A DNA stretch of 64,000 nucleotides from Geopsychrobacteraceae bacterium (GCA_963662315.1 OY759353.1:608001-672000); one strand, 5' to 3'. Positions 1 through 8,880 are shown, counted from the stretch's first letter. Numbers and translations are program-made. The notes: generated by a model not told the origin, from the sequence alone.

Positions 1-1239
1 GCCAAGAAGTCAGTGAGCAGCTCGACTATGAGCCGGGGCGTTTTTTCTTGCGTAAACAGATCCGCCGCACCTGGGTGAAGCGCAACGCTCCCGATGCCGT
101 CCCTGTCACAGCTCCACTGCCACCAAAACTTCTTGAGCGTGGTCTCTTGGCTCCCGGCCTTCTGGCCCATATCGTCATCGGCAAATATGCAGATCATCTT
201 CCCCTTTATCGGCAGGAACAAATCTTCAGCCAACGTTACGATGTTCACCTTGGCCGCAATACTCTGTGTCGCGCCGTTGAGCTTGTTGCCGGATGGTTAC
301 AGCCCATAGCCCGGCGAATGTTTGAAAACCAGTTGGCCAGCGGATACGTTCAACTTGATGAAACCCCAGTGCGCTTTCTTAGTAAAAAGCCGGGTAAAAC
401 ATCCAAAGGTTACTTGTGGGTGTGTAACGCCCCGCGCGGTGATACGGTATTTCACTGGGCTGCCGGACGCGGCTACGACCATCTGCAACGCTGGTTGCCC
501 GCTGACTTTAACTGCATCATTCAAACTGACGAATATAAGCCCTATGACAAACTCGCAGCCGACTTTAAGGTGCCTGCCCATGCGCACTGCTGGGCACACG
601 TGCGCCGCCGTTTTTATCAGGCTCTCGAAGCAGGAGAACATACGGTCCGTAACCGTTGGATTCTTCATCAGATCGGCCTGCTTTATCACATTGAAAGCAG
701 ACTGCGTCAGCAACACGGCAGCCCTGCATTACGTGCCGTCGTTCGCACCTGGCAAAGTCGCCCGATCCTTGATCGTCTTTTTGTCGTCTTTGATCGCATG
801 CTCAAAAACGGCAATTATAAACCGAAGACCATCACCGGCACGGCCATCGCCTATGCCCTGCGTCAACGTGAAGGACTTCAGGTCTACGTTGACCAAGGTC
901 AGGTAGAAATCGACAACAACCTTGTTGAAAATGCCATCCGTCCGGCTGCTCTTGGTCGCAAAAACTGGCTGTTTATCGGTGATGAAGATGCTGGATGGCG
1001 CAGTGCTGTCATCTATAGCATCTTGCAAAGCTGTAAAACTCAAGGTATCGATCCCTACACCTACCTCAAAGACGTTCTCGAACGTCTTCCCCACATGACA
1101 ATTAAGGACATTGACCAGGTCACTCCAGCAGCCTGGGAGAAAACACGGATGTTAAAACGCGCATCGTAAGTGTCGTAGGTGTTCGCCTACGACATTTACG
1201 AATCTCTACCTGTCAATTGGGGCTACGCGGAACGCTTAC
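1..1239 (+). mobile_element. IS66-family element, right part (left end outside window)
   Basis: TnpC ORF followed by GGGGCTACGCGGAACGCTTAC (1219-1239), matching the ...ACGCTTAC right end typical of IS66. The IS256 ORF on the other strand breaks exactly at 1239/1240. Confidence 0.85.
3..1169 (+). CDS. tnpC: IS66-family DDE transposase TnpC (5'-partial)
   Basis: Frame open from the window edge (QEVSEQLDYEPGRF...). Motifs KYADHLPLYRQ, DETPV, CWAHVRRRF, IDNNLVENAIRP..LGRKNWLF. Confidence 0.93.
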   Translation, partial: QEVSEQLDYEPGRFFLRKQIRRTWVKRNAPDAVPVTAPLPPKLLERGLLAPGLLAHIVIGKYADHLPLYRQEQIFSQRYDVHLGRNTLCRAVELVAGWLQPIARRMFENQLASGYVQLDETPVRFLSKKPGKTSKGYLWVCNAPRGDTVFHWAAGRGYDHLQRWLPADFNCIIQTDEYKPYDKLAADFKVPAHAHCWAHVRRRFYQALEAGEHTVRNRWILHQIGLLYHIESRLRQQHGSPALRAVVRTWQSRPILDRLFVVFDRMLKNGNYKPKTITGTAIAYALRQREGLQVYVDQGQVEIDNNLVENAIRPAALGRKNWLFIGDEDAGWRSAVIYSILQSCKTQGIDPYTYLKDVLERLPHMTIKDIDQVTPAAWEKTRMLKRAS

Positions 1240-2082
1240 CACATTCCGGTAAAAATGGACCATACAACGTTGCCATTTGGTCTCCGGATAGTATTCGGCC
1301 AATGACTCTACCAGCCCCATACAGGCATCGGTTATAAACAGGCGAACACCGCGCAAGCCGCGCTCCTTCAAATGCCGCAGGAATCCAGACCAACCCGCCT
1401 TGTCTTCTTTGTGTCCCTCAGCAACACCGAGAATCTTGCGATAGCCATCACTGTTAACGCCGATCGCAACCAGGACAGAAACGTTGCTGACTTCTCCGGC
1501 CCAGGAACGTTTTAGAACGATACCATCCAGATAAACATAAGGAAATTCGTCCCCAATGGGCTGCTTCCGCCATTGCTCGATCTTTGTGTAGACTTTTTTA
1601 TTCAGATTGCTGATCGTTCCGGGACTGACTTTCGTGCCCCACAATGCTTCGGTAATATCCTCGACACGTCGAACCGATACGCCAGCTAAATACATTTCGA
1701 TCAAAGCTTCTTCAACGGATGCTTCCCGACGTTTGTAGCGTTCAATGATCGCTGTCTCAAAGGTCTGTTGCCTCAATTTAGGGACCTTTAAATTGACTTC
1801 ACCAGCCGTCGTTTGAAGTTTCCTTTGATAATGCCCGGCCCTGGTATCAGTACGTGCCTCATTTCGTTGGTATTTCTCAGCATTGCATAAGCGATCGGCT
1901 TCTGCATCCAACATGTCATTCAACGTCTGCTCGACGGTACTACGTACGATTTGACCCAAGTGATTTTTGACAGCAGCTTCATTCAGTTGAATGATCTTAT
2001 CTTGCTTTGGTGTACAATCATTTTCCACGGCAGTGTTCTCCTTTGGACTAGAGTTTGTGTTTGGCGATACAATTCTAAACAT
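1240..2082 (-). pseudogene. IS256-family transposase, C-terminally truncated by the IS66 insertion
   Basis: Motifs RAGHYQRKL, EMYLAGVSVRRV, YVYLDG, FITDA, QRCMVHFYRN. After YRNV the frame reads into the IS66 inverted repeat. About 280 aa versus about 400 expected. Candidate left end GATAACGTAAAATATTTTTCGC at about 2133 (minus strand). Confidence 0.88.
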
Positions 2083-2133
2083 TTAGGACACTGCCGTGTC
2101 TTTTTAAAAAAGCGAAAAATATTTTACGTTATC

Positions 2134-2376
2134 TACAACACCGAGCACCTGCATTCGGCAATTGGCCACGTAACGCCAAAACAGTTACGAAGTGGAGAAG
2201 CGAAGGCGATTTTTGAGCGCAGAAATGCTGTCATGCAGCAAGCTCGGACAGCTTATCCAGAGCGCTGGGGATCAAGGGCGATGAAAGTCTGGGGGGCTCC
2301 ACAAGAGGTTGTGTTAAACCCTGAAAACAAGCGTTGATTGTTAAAAAACAGGCGACATCTTTGTTGACATTAACCG
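2134..2376 (+). pseudogene. IS3-family-like transposase C-terminal remnant plus right end
   Basis: YNTEHLHSAIGHVTP...AR..YPERW...W.....V.LNP is an integrase-core C-terminus. It begins immediately outside the IS256 left end, stops at 2337 and is followed by an end-like GGCGACATCTTTGTTGACATTAACCG. Confidence 0.7.
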
Positions 2377-2468
2377 GGCCGGCCCTATTCAGGCAGATAT
2401 TCGTAAGTGCCGTAGGCGAACGCCTGCAACACTTACGAAGTATGTTTGACCGTACCTGTCTTGCTTAC
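2374..2468 (-). mobile_element. Degenerate right end of a second, related IS66 element
   Basis: 2399-2438 matches the reverse complement of 1164-1203 at 35/40 nt, with weaker similarity on both sides. The minus strand encodes KTGTVKHTS* versus TnpC C-terminus KTRMLKRAS*. Confidence 0.65.
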
Positions 2469-2552
2469 AGAATGAAGCCCACTGTATTTGGCTTTTTTCA
2501 CAGAAAAAAGTTTAGTATAGCGTTTATGGCTCCTTACCTCTTGTACTTCTTT

Positions 2553-3236
2553 TTATAAATACTGTCGTTTTAATAAAATGAATAAAAGTCCGACTATATT
2601 TGCTGTAAAGAGAACGAATGATTTGGGCTCGGGTATGGGGACATTGCCGTCCGTTATTAACCAGGTTCCTGTTGCAGAATAAATTCTGTTCCAGATAGAA
2701 ACGGCGACTTCTCCTGGATTATCAACGCTATTGAGGTTGCCCAAAATAGTCAGGAGCGGCTCGCTTTCAATAAATGATAGGTTTGTATAATTAAAAATGA
2801 TGCCAGATTCATTTATTGTTAGTGCGGATTGAAACGCTGCACAGAAGGTGGTTGCAGTAAATTCTGTCCCATCATTTAGAATAAAGTGAAAATTAGCACT
2901 CAAAGAATAGGGAGCAGAGCTAGGTCCAGTACCATCTTCATAGTAAAATCCTCCATCTGACCATATGGTATTTTGGTATTTTGTGAAATAGGTGGTGTTA
3001 TATTCTAGGGTAGCTGAGCCTGAAACAGCTTTTAGTCCAGCCCCATAAGGATAGGGATAATCTGGATAGATTTCGTATATATTTATCGTGTCTGAATCAG
3101 GTATGTTTGTTGGTACAAATTTTAAAGATAGGGCTTGGTCATAAATTGAATAATTCTGATTGGGAAATGGGCTGGAATACGCAATGCCAGTCGTCACTGA
3201 AATTATCAGTAAAAGTATTGTTGTTTTAATAGTCAT
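2553..3236 (-). CDS. PEP-CTERM sorting-domain protein (variant tail)
   Basis: Signal peptide (MTIKTTILLLIISVTTGIAYS). C-terminal VPIPEP, hydrophobic helix, KR. GGAGGGG RBS before ATG 3236. Confidence 0.8.
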   Translation of the reverse strand: MTIKTTILLLIISVTTGIAYSSPFPNQNYSIYDQALSLKFVPTNIPDSDTINIYEIYPDYPYPYGAGLKAVSGSATLEYNTTYFTKYQNTIWSDGGFYYEDGTGPSSAPYSLSANFHFILNDGTEFTATTFCAAFQSALTINESGIIFNYTNLSFIESEPLLTILGNLNSVDNPGEVAVSIWNRIYSATGTWLITDGNVPIPEPKSFVLFTANIVGLLFILLKRQYL

Positions 3237-3310
3237 GCCCCCTCCGCTTTTTAAGCCGATCAATTAGACTTCATATTTTTTAATGTGATTGCGCCATTTC
3301 TTTTTTATAG

Positions 3311-3346
3311 AAAAAGCCCCACTTATGACTATAAGCAGGGCTATTT
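3311..3346 (-). terminator. Probable intrinsic terminator after the 3386-4039 PEP-CTERM gene
   Basis: Imperfect stem AGCCC..CTTAT/ATAAG..GGGCT, followed by a T-run on the minus strand. Confidence 0.5.
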
Positions 3347-3385
3347 CTTATGAAGACTACATTCTTTTAGGAGCTGCTAAAATTA

Positions 3386-4039
3386 TTAGCAACTAGATTT
3401 CCTACGATAAACTGCTAAACCAACTAGGCCAACGCCAAGAAGAATCATTGTAGCAGGTTCTGGAACCGGTGCCCCGCCAATCACATCATTAGCGCAATAG
3501 GGAGCATACGCGACTGCAAAACCCTCAGAGAAATCAATGTTTAGAGCAGATAGATCATAGGTTAGAACGCTGCCATCATATGTAGACAAGAGTCCGGAAA
3601 CCAAACTAAGATCATCAGATTCGATTCCGTTAGGATTGCCGATACGCCCACTAGCTGAGTATGTATAGTCAAATCCGGCCGCAACTTCATATACGCCAGT
3701 TGCGATAGGGTCCCAAATATCAGATTCTACAGCAACGTAATCCCAACTGTCCCAAGCCGTTCCTGTTCCGGTCATTGTGTAACTGTTGATAAACAGTGTG
3801 TCAAACAGAAGACGATTAGTAATGTAAATAGATACGCTCTGTAAGATACCGCTATCACTAACTTCAACGTCCATTGAAGAAATCTGTGGGTTGCCCACGG
3901 TGTCAAATTGTGATTGATACGTTTGAGCAGAATACCCCGGCCAGTTGATCCAATTGTCGTTAATAGTATAGGTGGACGCGAAAGCGCCGGTGGCAACGAG
4001 ACATAGTGCAAATAATAATGCTAAAACTTTTGATTTCAT
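3386..4039 (-). CDS. PEP-CTERM sorting-domain protein
   Basis: Signal peptide MKSKVLALLFALCLVATGAFA. Canonical VPEPATMILLGVGLVGLAVYRRK tail. GGAGGAGG RBS before ATG 4039. Confidence 0.92.
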   Translation of the reverse strand: MKSKVLALLFALCLVATGAFASTYTINDNWINWPGYSAQTYQSQFDTVGNPQISSMDVEVSDSGILQSVSIYITNRLLFDTLFINSYTMTGTGTAWDSWDYVAVESDIWDPIATGVYEVAAGFDYTYSASGRIGNPNGIESDDLSLVSGLLSTYDGSVLTYDLSALNIDFSEGFAVAYAPYCANDVIGGAPVPEPATMILLGVGLVGLAVYRRKSSC

Positions 4040-4115
4040 TTGTTTTTCCTCCTCCCGAAGGGACGTGAATGGTTCCAAGATGGATTGTTTGTCTCTTTAT
4101 CTGTCTATTTGGGGA

Positions 4116-4132
4116 TGCATTTTGTGGGCCAA
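4116..4132 (-). promoter_or_regulatory. Sigma-54 (-24/-12) promoter of the PEP-CTERM gene
   Basis: Minus strand TTGGCCCACAAAATGCA = GG-N10-GC, about 77 nt upstream of the ATG. Confidence 0.7.
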
Positions 4133-4258
4133 CCTTTAGTCCTGTGGCGGTCATTGTTTTGTTGATCACCTAACACCTTGATAATATGGATAAAAGTTGC
4201 AATTAATTTTATGGGAATTTCATTTTTTATATGACGATATGATCGTGAAAATTGTATG

Positions 4259-4275
4259 TGTCGGAATTGTTTACA
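4259..4275. promoter_or_regulatory. Candidate PrsR enhancer site 1 (TGT-N11-ACA)
   Basis: TGTCGGAATTGTTTACA, about 127 nt upstream of the -24 box. Confidence 0.65.
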
Positions 4276-4384
4276 TGAGACCTTTTGGGGTTATGATTTG
4301 GAAAAAGTAAGTAACGAATAAATTTTGCTATATTTGATAGTTAGTTACTGAAGACTTGCACAAATTTTGATTTTTTTGAAATTA

Positions 4385-4401
4385 TGTAAATAATTCCGAC
4401 A
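4385..4401. promoter_or_regulatory. Candidate PrsR enhancer site 2 (TGT-N11-ACA)
   Basis: TGTAAATAATTCCGACA, 16/17 identical to the reverse complement of site 1. Confidence 0.65.
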
Positions 4402-4797
4402 GATTGTCGTGTCGATTAGGTTGTAGTGGTTAGGATTTTGCTCAGATAGTCGCTTTTTAGATAAATGTTAATGAAAATTATTCATATTGAATATCGGACC
4501 TTACCTTGAAGGCTTTCTCGAAAGTGAATATTCGATAGCAACCCAAAGGGCTAAATCAAATTACATCTGAAGATAGAAAAGCTATATAGATAGAAATGAA
4601 TGCGGCCTGTAAATATTTTTGTTGCAAGTTTGCGATGCTTGCGAACAACTGGCTGTCTGTGAAAGATTCTGACGTTACTTGCAGTCATTAAGTTGCTTCT
4701 ATTATATTTAAAGAATATGGTTGGGATCGCTTTCTAGTCTGATTATTGTTAAGATGAGACCCAGGTTGATACATTTTGATAAATTCGTGGAGGGTTC

Positions 4798-5637
4798 ATG
4801 TCACCTATTGCTAAGGATGCTAAGTTGCAGATATTTTTCTGTTTTATCCTCGTTGCAGCGTTAATTGGCACCTATTTTAATATCTATACCGATATGTCAG
4901 TGCAGTGGAGTGACGATCCTAACTATTCTCATGGATTTCTGGTTCCAGTTATATCTGCGTATCTAATCTGGCAGAAAAAGGATGTGCTGGCAAAGCTGCA
5001 GATCAAGCCTGCAAATTCCGGTTTTCTTTTGATTTTATTTGGAATTGCCGCACTTCTGGCAGGTGTTGCCGCCCAGGAATTTTATTTGCGACGTTCTTCA
5101 AGTATTTTTATTTTGGCCGGAATAGTGTTGTTTCTGTTTGGTTGGCAGTGGTTTAAAGCTTTATGGCTGCCGATCGGTTTTCTGTTTTTTATGATTCCTC
5201 TCCCGTATATCGTTTATGACGCCATGGCATTTCCTCTTAAATTATTTGTTGCCAAGTTTTCCGTCATATCTTTGAAGCTCATGGGAGTTGTTGTCTTGAG
5301 GGAAGGGAATATCATTATGTTCCCTAACACGGTCCTCGAAGTGGCTGATGCCTGCAGCGGACTGCGCTCACTGATGTCGTTACTCGCTCTTGGGGTTGCC
5401 TTGGCTGTACTCACACAAAAACGTAAACTGGCTATGGCTTTAGTAGTGGTGTTGACTGTGCCAATTGCAGTGCTGACCAACATGATCAGAGTTATTGTGA
5501 CTGGTTACTTGGCTCAGTATTATGGTGCTGCCGCAGCCGAAGGTTTTTTTCATGAATTTGCCGGGATGGGAGTATTCCTGTTGGCGATGGTGATGTTGTT
5601 TATGGTCAGTGGGGTTATGCGGAAGGTGCTTAATTAG
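4798..5637 (+). CDS. xrtA: Exosortase (EpsH/XrtA-type)
   Basis: Polytopic membrane protein with W...PNYSHGFLVP, VADACSGLRSL (catalytic Cys), NMIRV (Arg) and FFHEF (His). Subtype inferred from linkage to prsKR. Confidence 0.9.
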   Translation: MSPIAKDAKLQIFFCFILVAALIGTYFNIYTDMSVQWSDDPNYSHGFLVPVISAYLIWQKKDVLAKLQIKPANSGFLLILFGIAALLAGVAAQEFYLRRSSSIFILAGIVLFLFGWQWFKALWLPIGFLFFMIPLPYIVYDAMAFPLKLFVAKFSVISLKLMGVVVLREGNIIMFPNTVLEVADACSGLRSLMSLLALGVALAVLTQKRKLAMALVVVLTVPIAVLTNMIRVIVTGYLAQYYGAAAAEGFFHEFAGMGVFLLAMVMLFMVSGVMRKVLN

Positions 5638-5641
5638 GTAA

Positions 5642-5903
5642 AAGCTTGAACTTCAGGTTAAACGGCAGGTGCCCATTTCAATCAAATACGATGACCTGGT
5701 CATTGAAAATGGAGTTAGGGCAGATCTGGTTATTGAAGATTCTGTGGTCATAGAACTGATATCGGTCGAGTTGGTTAAACCTGTGCATAAAAAGCAGTTA
5801 CTAACGTATTTATCTCTTTCCCGTAAGAAACTTGGGTTGCTGATCAATTTTGGTGATTCGCTTCTAAAAAAATGGCATTACTTGAATAGTGAATTCATTG
5901 TAA
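5642..5903 (+). pseudogene. GxxExxY-family (PD-(D/E)xK-like) protein, 5'-truncated and frameshifted
   Basis: RQVPISIKY...RADLVIEDSVVIEL.SV....PVHKKQLLTYL......GLLINFG. N-terminus with the GxxExxY motif is missing. Extra A in the A7 run (5866-5872), and an in-frame TGA in the restored tail NGIT*IVNSL*. Confidence 0.85.
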
Positions 5904-5911
5904 TGGGTCTT

Positions 5912-5957
5912 CTCTGCGTTCTTTGCGTCTCTAATGAGCTTAGCGAATGGGCGTGAG
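5912..5957 (+). repeat. Intergenic element copy A (right arm only, abutting the GxxExxY stop)
   Basis: CTCTGCGTT-CTTTGCGTC-TCTAATGAGCTTAGCGAATGGGCGTGAG aligns with the right arms of copies B-E. Confidence 0.8.
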
Positions 5958-5971
5958 GAAAGGTTATATAT

Positions 5972-6610
5972 ATGTCCAAAATCAAAACTTGGCGGTTTAT
6001 TGTTATATTCGTAATTCTTGGTATTTCAGCCCTCTATGTACATACTCGTTCTGAAGCTTCCGTGCCAGTAAACAAACCACTGGATTTGTTTCCGCGTCAA
6101 TCTCAGGGCTGGGCTATGGTTGGGGAGGCGCGGTTTGATGAACGGGTGCTGGCGGTCCTGTTGCCTACGGATTATCTGTCCCGCAGTTATCGTGATGAAA
6201 ATGGGGATTTGATTGGGCTGTACCTGGGATATCATGACGGTGGTCCGGACAGTGGCCCGATCCATTCGCCCAAGCAGTGTCTGCCCGGCAGTGGCTGGAA
6301 TCCGGTTCATTCATCTATTCACCACATTGATGTCAATGGTACGAAGGTTTCCTACGTTAGTTCGCTGTATCAGAAAGATATCTCCAAGCAATTGTTTCTA
6401 TATTGGTTTCAGGTTGGCGACCAGTACCTGACCAATGAGTATGCACTGAAGTATTCTATGGCGAAAAACTCCTTGTTAAAAAATCGGCGCGAGTCGTCAT
6501 TTATTCGGATTGCTGTGCCTGTTGGCGATAGTGAAGAGAAAGCGCGCAAGATAGGGGAGTCATTTATTCTGGCGTTTGCACCGGCTATCTCTGATTCTTT
6601 ACCTAAGTAA
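5972..6610 (+). CDS. epsI: Exosortase-associated protein EpsI
   Basis: N-terminal TM, L..FP....GW, DYLSRSY, IHSPKQCLPGSGW, LYWFQ. Lies downstream of the exosortase. Confidence 0.9.
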   Translation: MSKIKTWRFIVIFVILGISALYVHTRSEASVPVNKPLDLFPRQSQGWAMVGEARFDERVLAVLLPTDYLSRSYRDENGDLIGLYLGYHDGGPDSGPIHSPKQCLPGSGWNPVHSSIHHIDVNGTKVSYVSSLYQKDISKQLFLYWFQVGDQYLTNEYALKYSMAKNSLLKNRRESSFIRIAVPVGDSEEKARKIGESFILAFAPAISDSLPK

Positions 6611-6618
6611 AAGCTTGC

Positions 6619-6780
6619 CTCGCGCTGAGTTCGCCAAGGTCGCTGAGAAAAGCAGACTACTTGTCTACGAAAACAATATAAATTAATGAAGTAAAATCTT
6701 CATAATAACTCATAGTATGTTTTTAAGCTTTAACTTAGCGACCTCTGCGTTCTTGAGTGAGTAAAACGAACAGGCGAGAG
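6619..6780 (+). repeat. Intergenic element copy B (inner arms plus AT-rich filler)
   Basis: Left arm 6619-6647 CTCGCGCTGAGTTCGCCAAGGTCGCTGAG. Right arm 6734-6780 CTTAGCGACCTCTGCGTTCTTGAGTGAGTAAAACGAACAGGCGAGAG. The arms are imperfectly complementary. Confidence 0.85.
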
Positions 6781-6811
6781 GTTATTATTTTATTGTCTCT
6801 GAGGGGGGACT

Positions 6812-8182
6812 ATGACTTATCCTGGTATTATCTTTCACGGTGCTACCCGTGGTGTGACGGGCTCTTGTCATGAGCTATGTATCAATTCTGAAAATTCAAT
6901 TCTGATAGATTGTGGCATTACTCAGGGGGACGATTCTGCTGACTTGGAAATTGATTTTCCCGTTGCTCATATTCGTGCTCTTGTTGTTACTCACGTTCAT
7001 ATCGACCATGTCGGTCGTATTCCGTACCTTCTTGCCGCCGGTTTTAACGGACCGATCTATTGTTCCGAGGCCTCTGCCGTTCTTTTGCCTTTAATGCTTG
7101 AAGATGCCCTTAAAATTGGATTTACGCGCAATAGTCATTTGATTACTCAATTCCTGAATAAAATAATAGAACTTATTGTGGCAGTTCCTTATAAGTCGTG
7201 GACCTCAATACCTCTCACTTCAGGGCAATTACAGATCAAACTGCAGTCCGCAGGGCATATTCTTGGATCTGCTTATGTTGAGTGTGAAACACTTGGGCAA
7301 CGCTATGTCTTTTCCGGGGATCTAGGTGCTCCATATGCTCCGTTACTGCCAGCTCCTCACTCACCATTCAGGGCTGATGTTTTGGTTTTGGAAAGTACTT
7401 ATGGAGATCGTTGCCATGAAGGAAGGCGTGAACGAAGGCAATTGTTGAAAAATGTCATCGAAAAGGCTTTCCAAAATTCAGGTGTTATTTTGATACCTGC
7501 CTTTAGTATTGGCCGGACTCAGGAGTTGCTCTATGAAATTGAGGAGTTGATTCATCGCTATGGCAGGCTCAGCCTGGATGCTCATTTGAAATGGGTTGAT
7601 CTGGACGTGGTGGTCGATTCTCCTCTGGCTGCTGCCTTTACTAAAACTTACCGTAAATTACGCAAGCATTGGGATGCTGAGGCATTATATAAGGTGTCGC
7701 ATGGACGGCATCCTCTTTCATTTGAACAGATCACGACCATCTCTTCCCATCAGGAGCATCTTCAGACGGTTGATTATCTGAAAAAAAAAGCACGTCCCTG
7801 CATTGTCATAGCTGGTAGCGGGATGTGCAGTGGCGGCCGCATTGTTAATTACCTGAAAAATCTGCTGGGTGATAGTCGTACGGATGTGTTGTTTGTCGGT
7901 TATCAGGCTGCCGGGAGTGCCGGGCGAGATATTCAAAAATATGGACCGACCGGTGGGTATGTTGATTTGGATGGCCAACACTTTTCAATAAAAGCGGGAA
8001 TACACACGATTCACGGTTATTCAGCTCATGCCGATCAGCAGAATTTGATCAATTTTGTCAAACGTACGCGACGTAAACCTAAAATGATTTACTTGGTGCA
8101 TGGAGAACAGCTTCCTAAGGAAGCTCTTAAAGCAGAACTGGTTAAGCTTGCGGATGGTATTGAGGTCATTATTCCTGATTGA
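6812..8182 (+). CDS. MBL-fold beta-CASP RNA-metabolising hydrolase
   Basis: VTGSCH, IDCG, THVHIDHVG, AGHILGS, FSGDLG, ESTYG, PAFSIGRTQE, SGMCSGGR, YSAHADQ, LVHGE. Confidence 0.9.
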   Translation: MTYPGIIFHGATRGVTGSCHELCINSENSILIDCGITQGDDSADLEIDFPVAHIRALVVTHVHIDHVGRIPYLLAAGFNGPIYCSEASAVLLPLMLEDALKIGFTRNSHLITQFLNKIIELIVAVPYKSWTSIPLTSGQLQIKLQSAGHILGSAYVECETLGQRYVFSGDLGAPYAPLLPAPHSPFRADVLVLESTYGDRCHEGRRERRQLLKNVIEKAFQNSGVILIPAFSIGRTQELLYEIEELIHRYGRLSLDAHLKWVDLDVVVDSPLAAAFTKTYRKLRKHWDAEALYKVSHGRHPLSFEQITTISSHQEHLQTVDYLKKKARPCIVIAGSGMCSGGRIVNYLKNLLGDSRTDVLFVGYQAAGSAGRDIQKYGPTGGYVDLDGQHFSIKAGIHTIHGYSAHADQQNLINFVKRTRRKPKMIYLVHGEQLPKEALKAELVKLADGIEVIIPD

Positions 8183-8232
8183 TTTGTTTCTGTTATATCG
8201 GTCAGTTGCGTGGTAGAGTGAATAAAACCTCA

Positions 8233-8412
8233 GGCACTGATTTGCACGGATGTGGACTGATAAAAGGCAGAAAATTAATCTCTTGCAGAGATCGCAAAGT
8301 GTGCGGAGTTTATTAATGTTCTTAAATGAATTTCTCCGCATTCTGAAGTGAGCAAAGAGAACGGGCGAGAGATTGTTATATTAAGTTTCCTTGTTTTCAG
8401 TGCGTTCCGTAG
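8233..8412 (+). repeat. Intergenic element copy C (outer plus inner arms)
   Basis: Outer left 8233-8261 (CACTGAT/CACGGAT/GACTGAT units), inner left 8280-8308, inner right 8334-8371, degenerate outer right 8396-8412. Confidence 0.8.
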
Positions 8413-8487
8413 ACATAAGGTTTGTGATTCTATCGGCGCATAGCCGTGCTCATTTGTGATAATTGCTTTCTAAAGGTTAATTTTTTT

Positions 8488-8880
8488 ATGCCTTCAATCG
8501 AAAAAGTCATTCTTTCTGTATTGAAAAATTATCCGGATATAAAGTTCTGTACTTTATTTGGATCTGCAGCAGCAGATCGACTTACTGCTTCGAGTGATGT
8601 TGATGTCGCTGTGACCGCAGGTACTTCATTGAGCATAGAAGTTAGAACCTCTTTAGCTACAGATCTATCCCGCGAGTTAAAGCGCGAGGTCGATTTAATT
8701 GATCTCTCTTCAGCCTCCGGGCTTATATTGGAAGAAGCGTTGTGTAAGGCTAAAATTTTGTTAAATAAAGAGCCTGAAATTTATGCAGAGCTTTTAAAAC
8801 GATTGTGGTTCTATAATGCTGACATGCAACCCTACGTCCGGCGAATTCTTGAGCAGAGGATAGAAAAATGGCTCCAATGA
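8488..8880 (+). CDS. mntA: Minimal nucleotidyltransferase antitoxin (type VII TA)
   Basis: LFGSAAADRLTASSDVDVAV (GS-x10-DxD) and VDLIDL. Overlaps the downstream HEPN gene. Confidence 0.88.
   Translation: MPSIEKVILSVLKNYPDIKFCTLFGSAAADRLTASSDVDVAVTAGTSLSIEVRTSLATDLSRELKREVDLIDLSSASGLILEEALCKAKILLNKEPEIYAELLKRLWFYNADMQPYVRRILEQRIEKWLQ

Noticed and set aside
1166..1199. TTAC at 1199 as the IS66 right end
   Set aside because: A better end (…GGAACGCTTAC) lies at 1239 and coincides with the IS256 break.
1951..2337. 128-aa ORF in the track as an intact gene
   Set aside because: Chimeric: the first ~60 codons are antisense IS256/IR sequence; only 2134-2337 is a transposase remnant.
4658..4678. TGTGAAAGATTCTGACGTTAC as the missing IS256 right end (composite transposon around the PEP-CTERM genes)
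   Set aside because: Wrong side for this IS256, no transposase remnant nearby, and equally explained as a degenerate PrsR-type site.
5669..5956. 95-aa ORF as a functional protein
   Set aside because: Frameshifted read-through of the GxxExxY pseudogene into the repeat arm.
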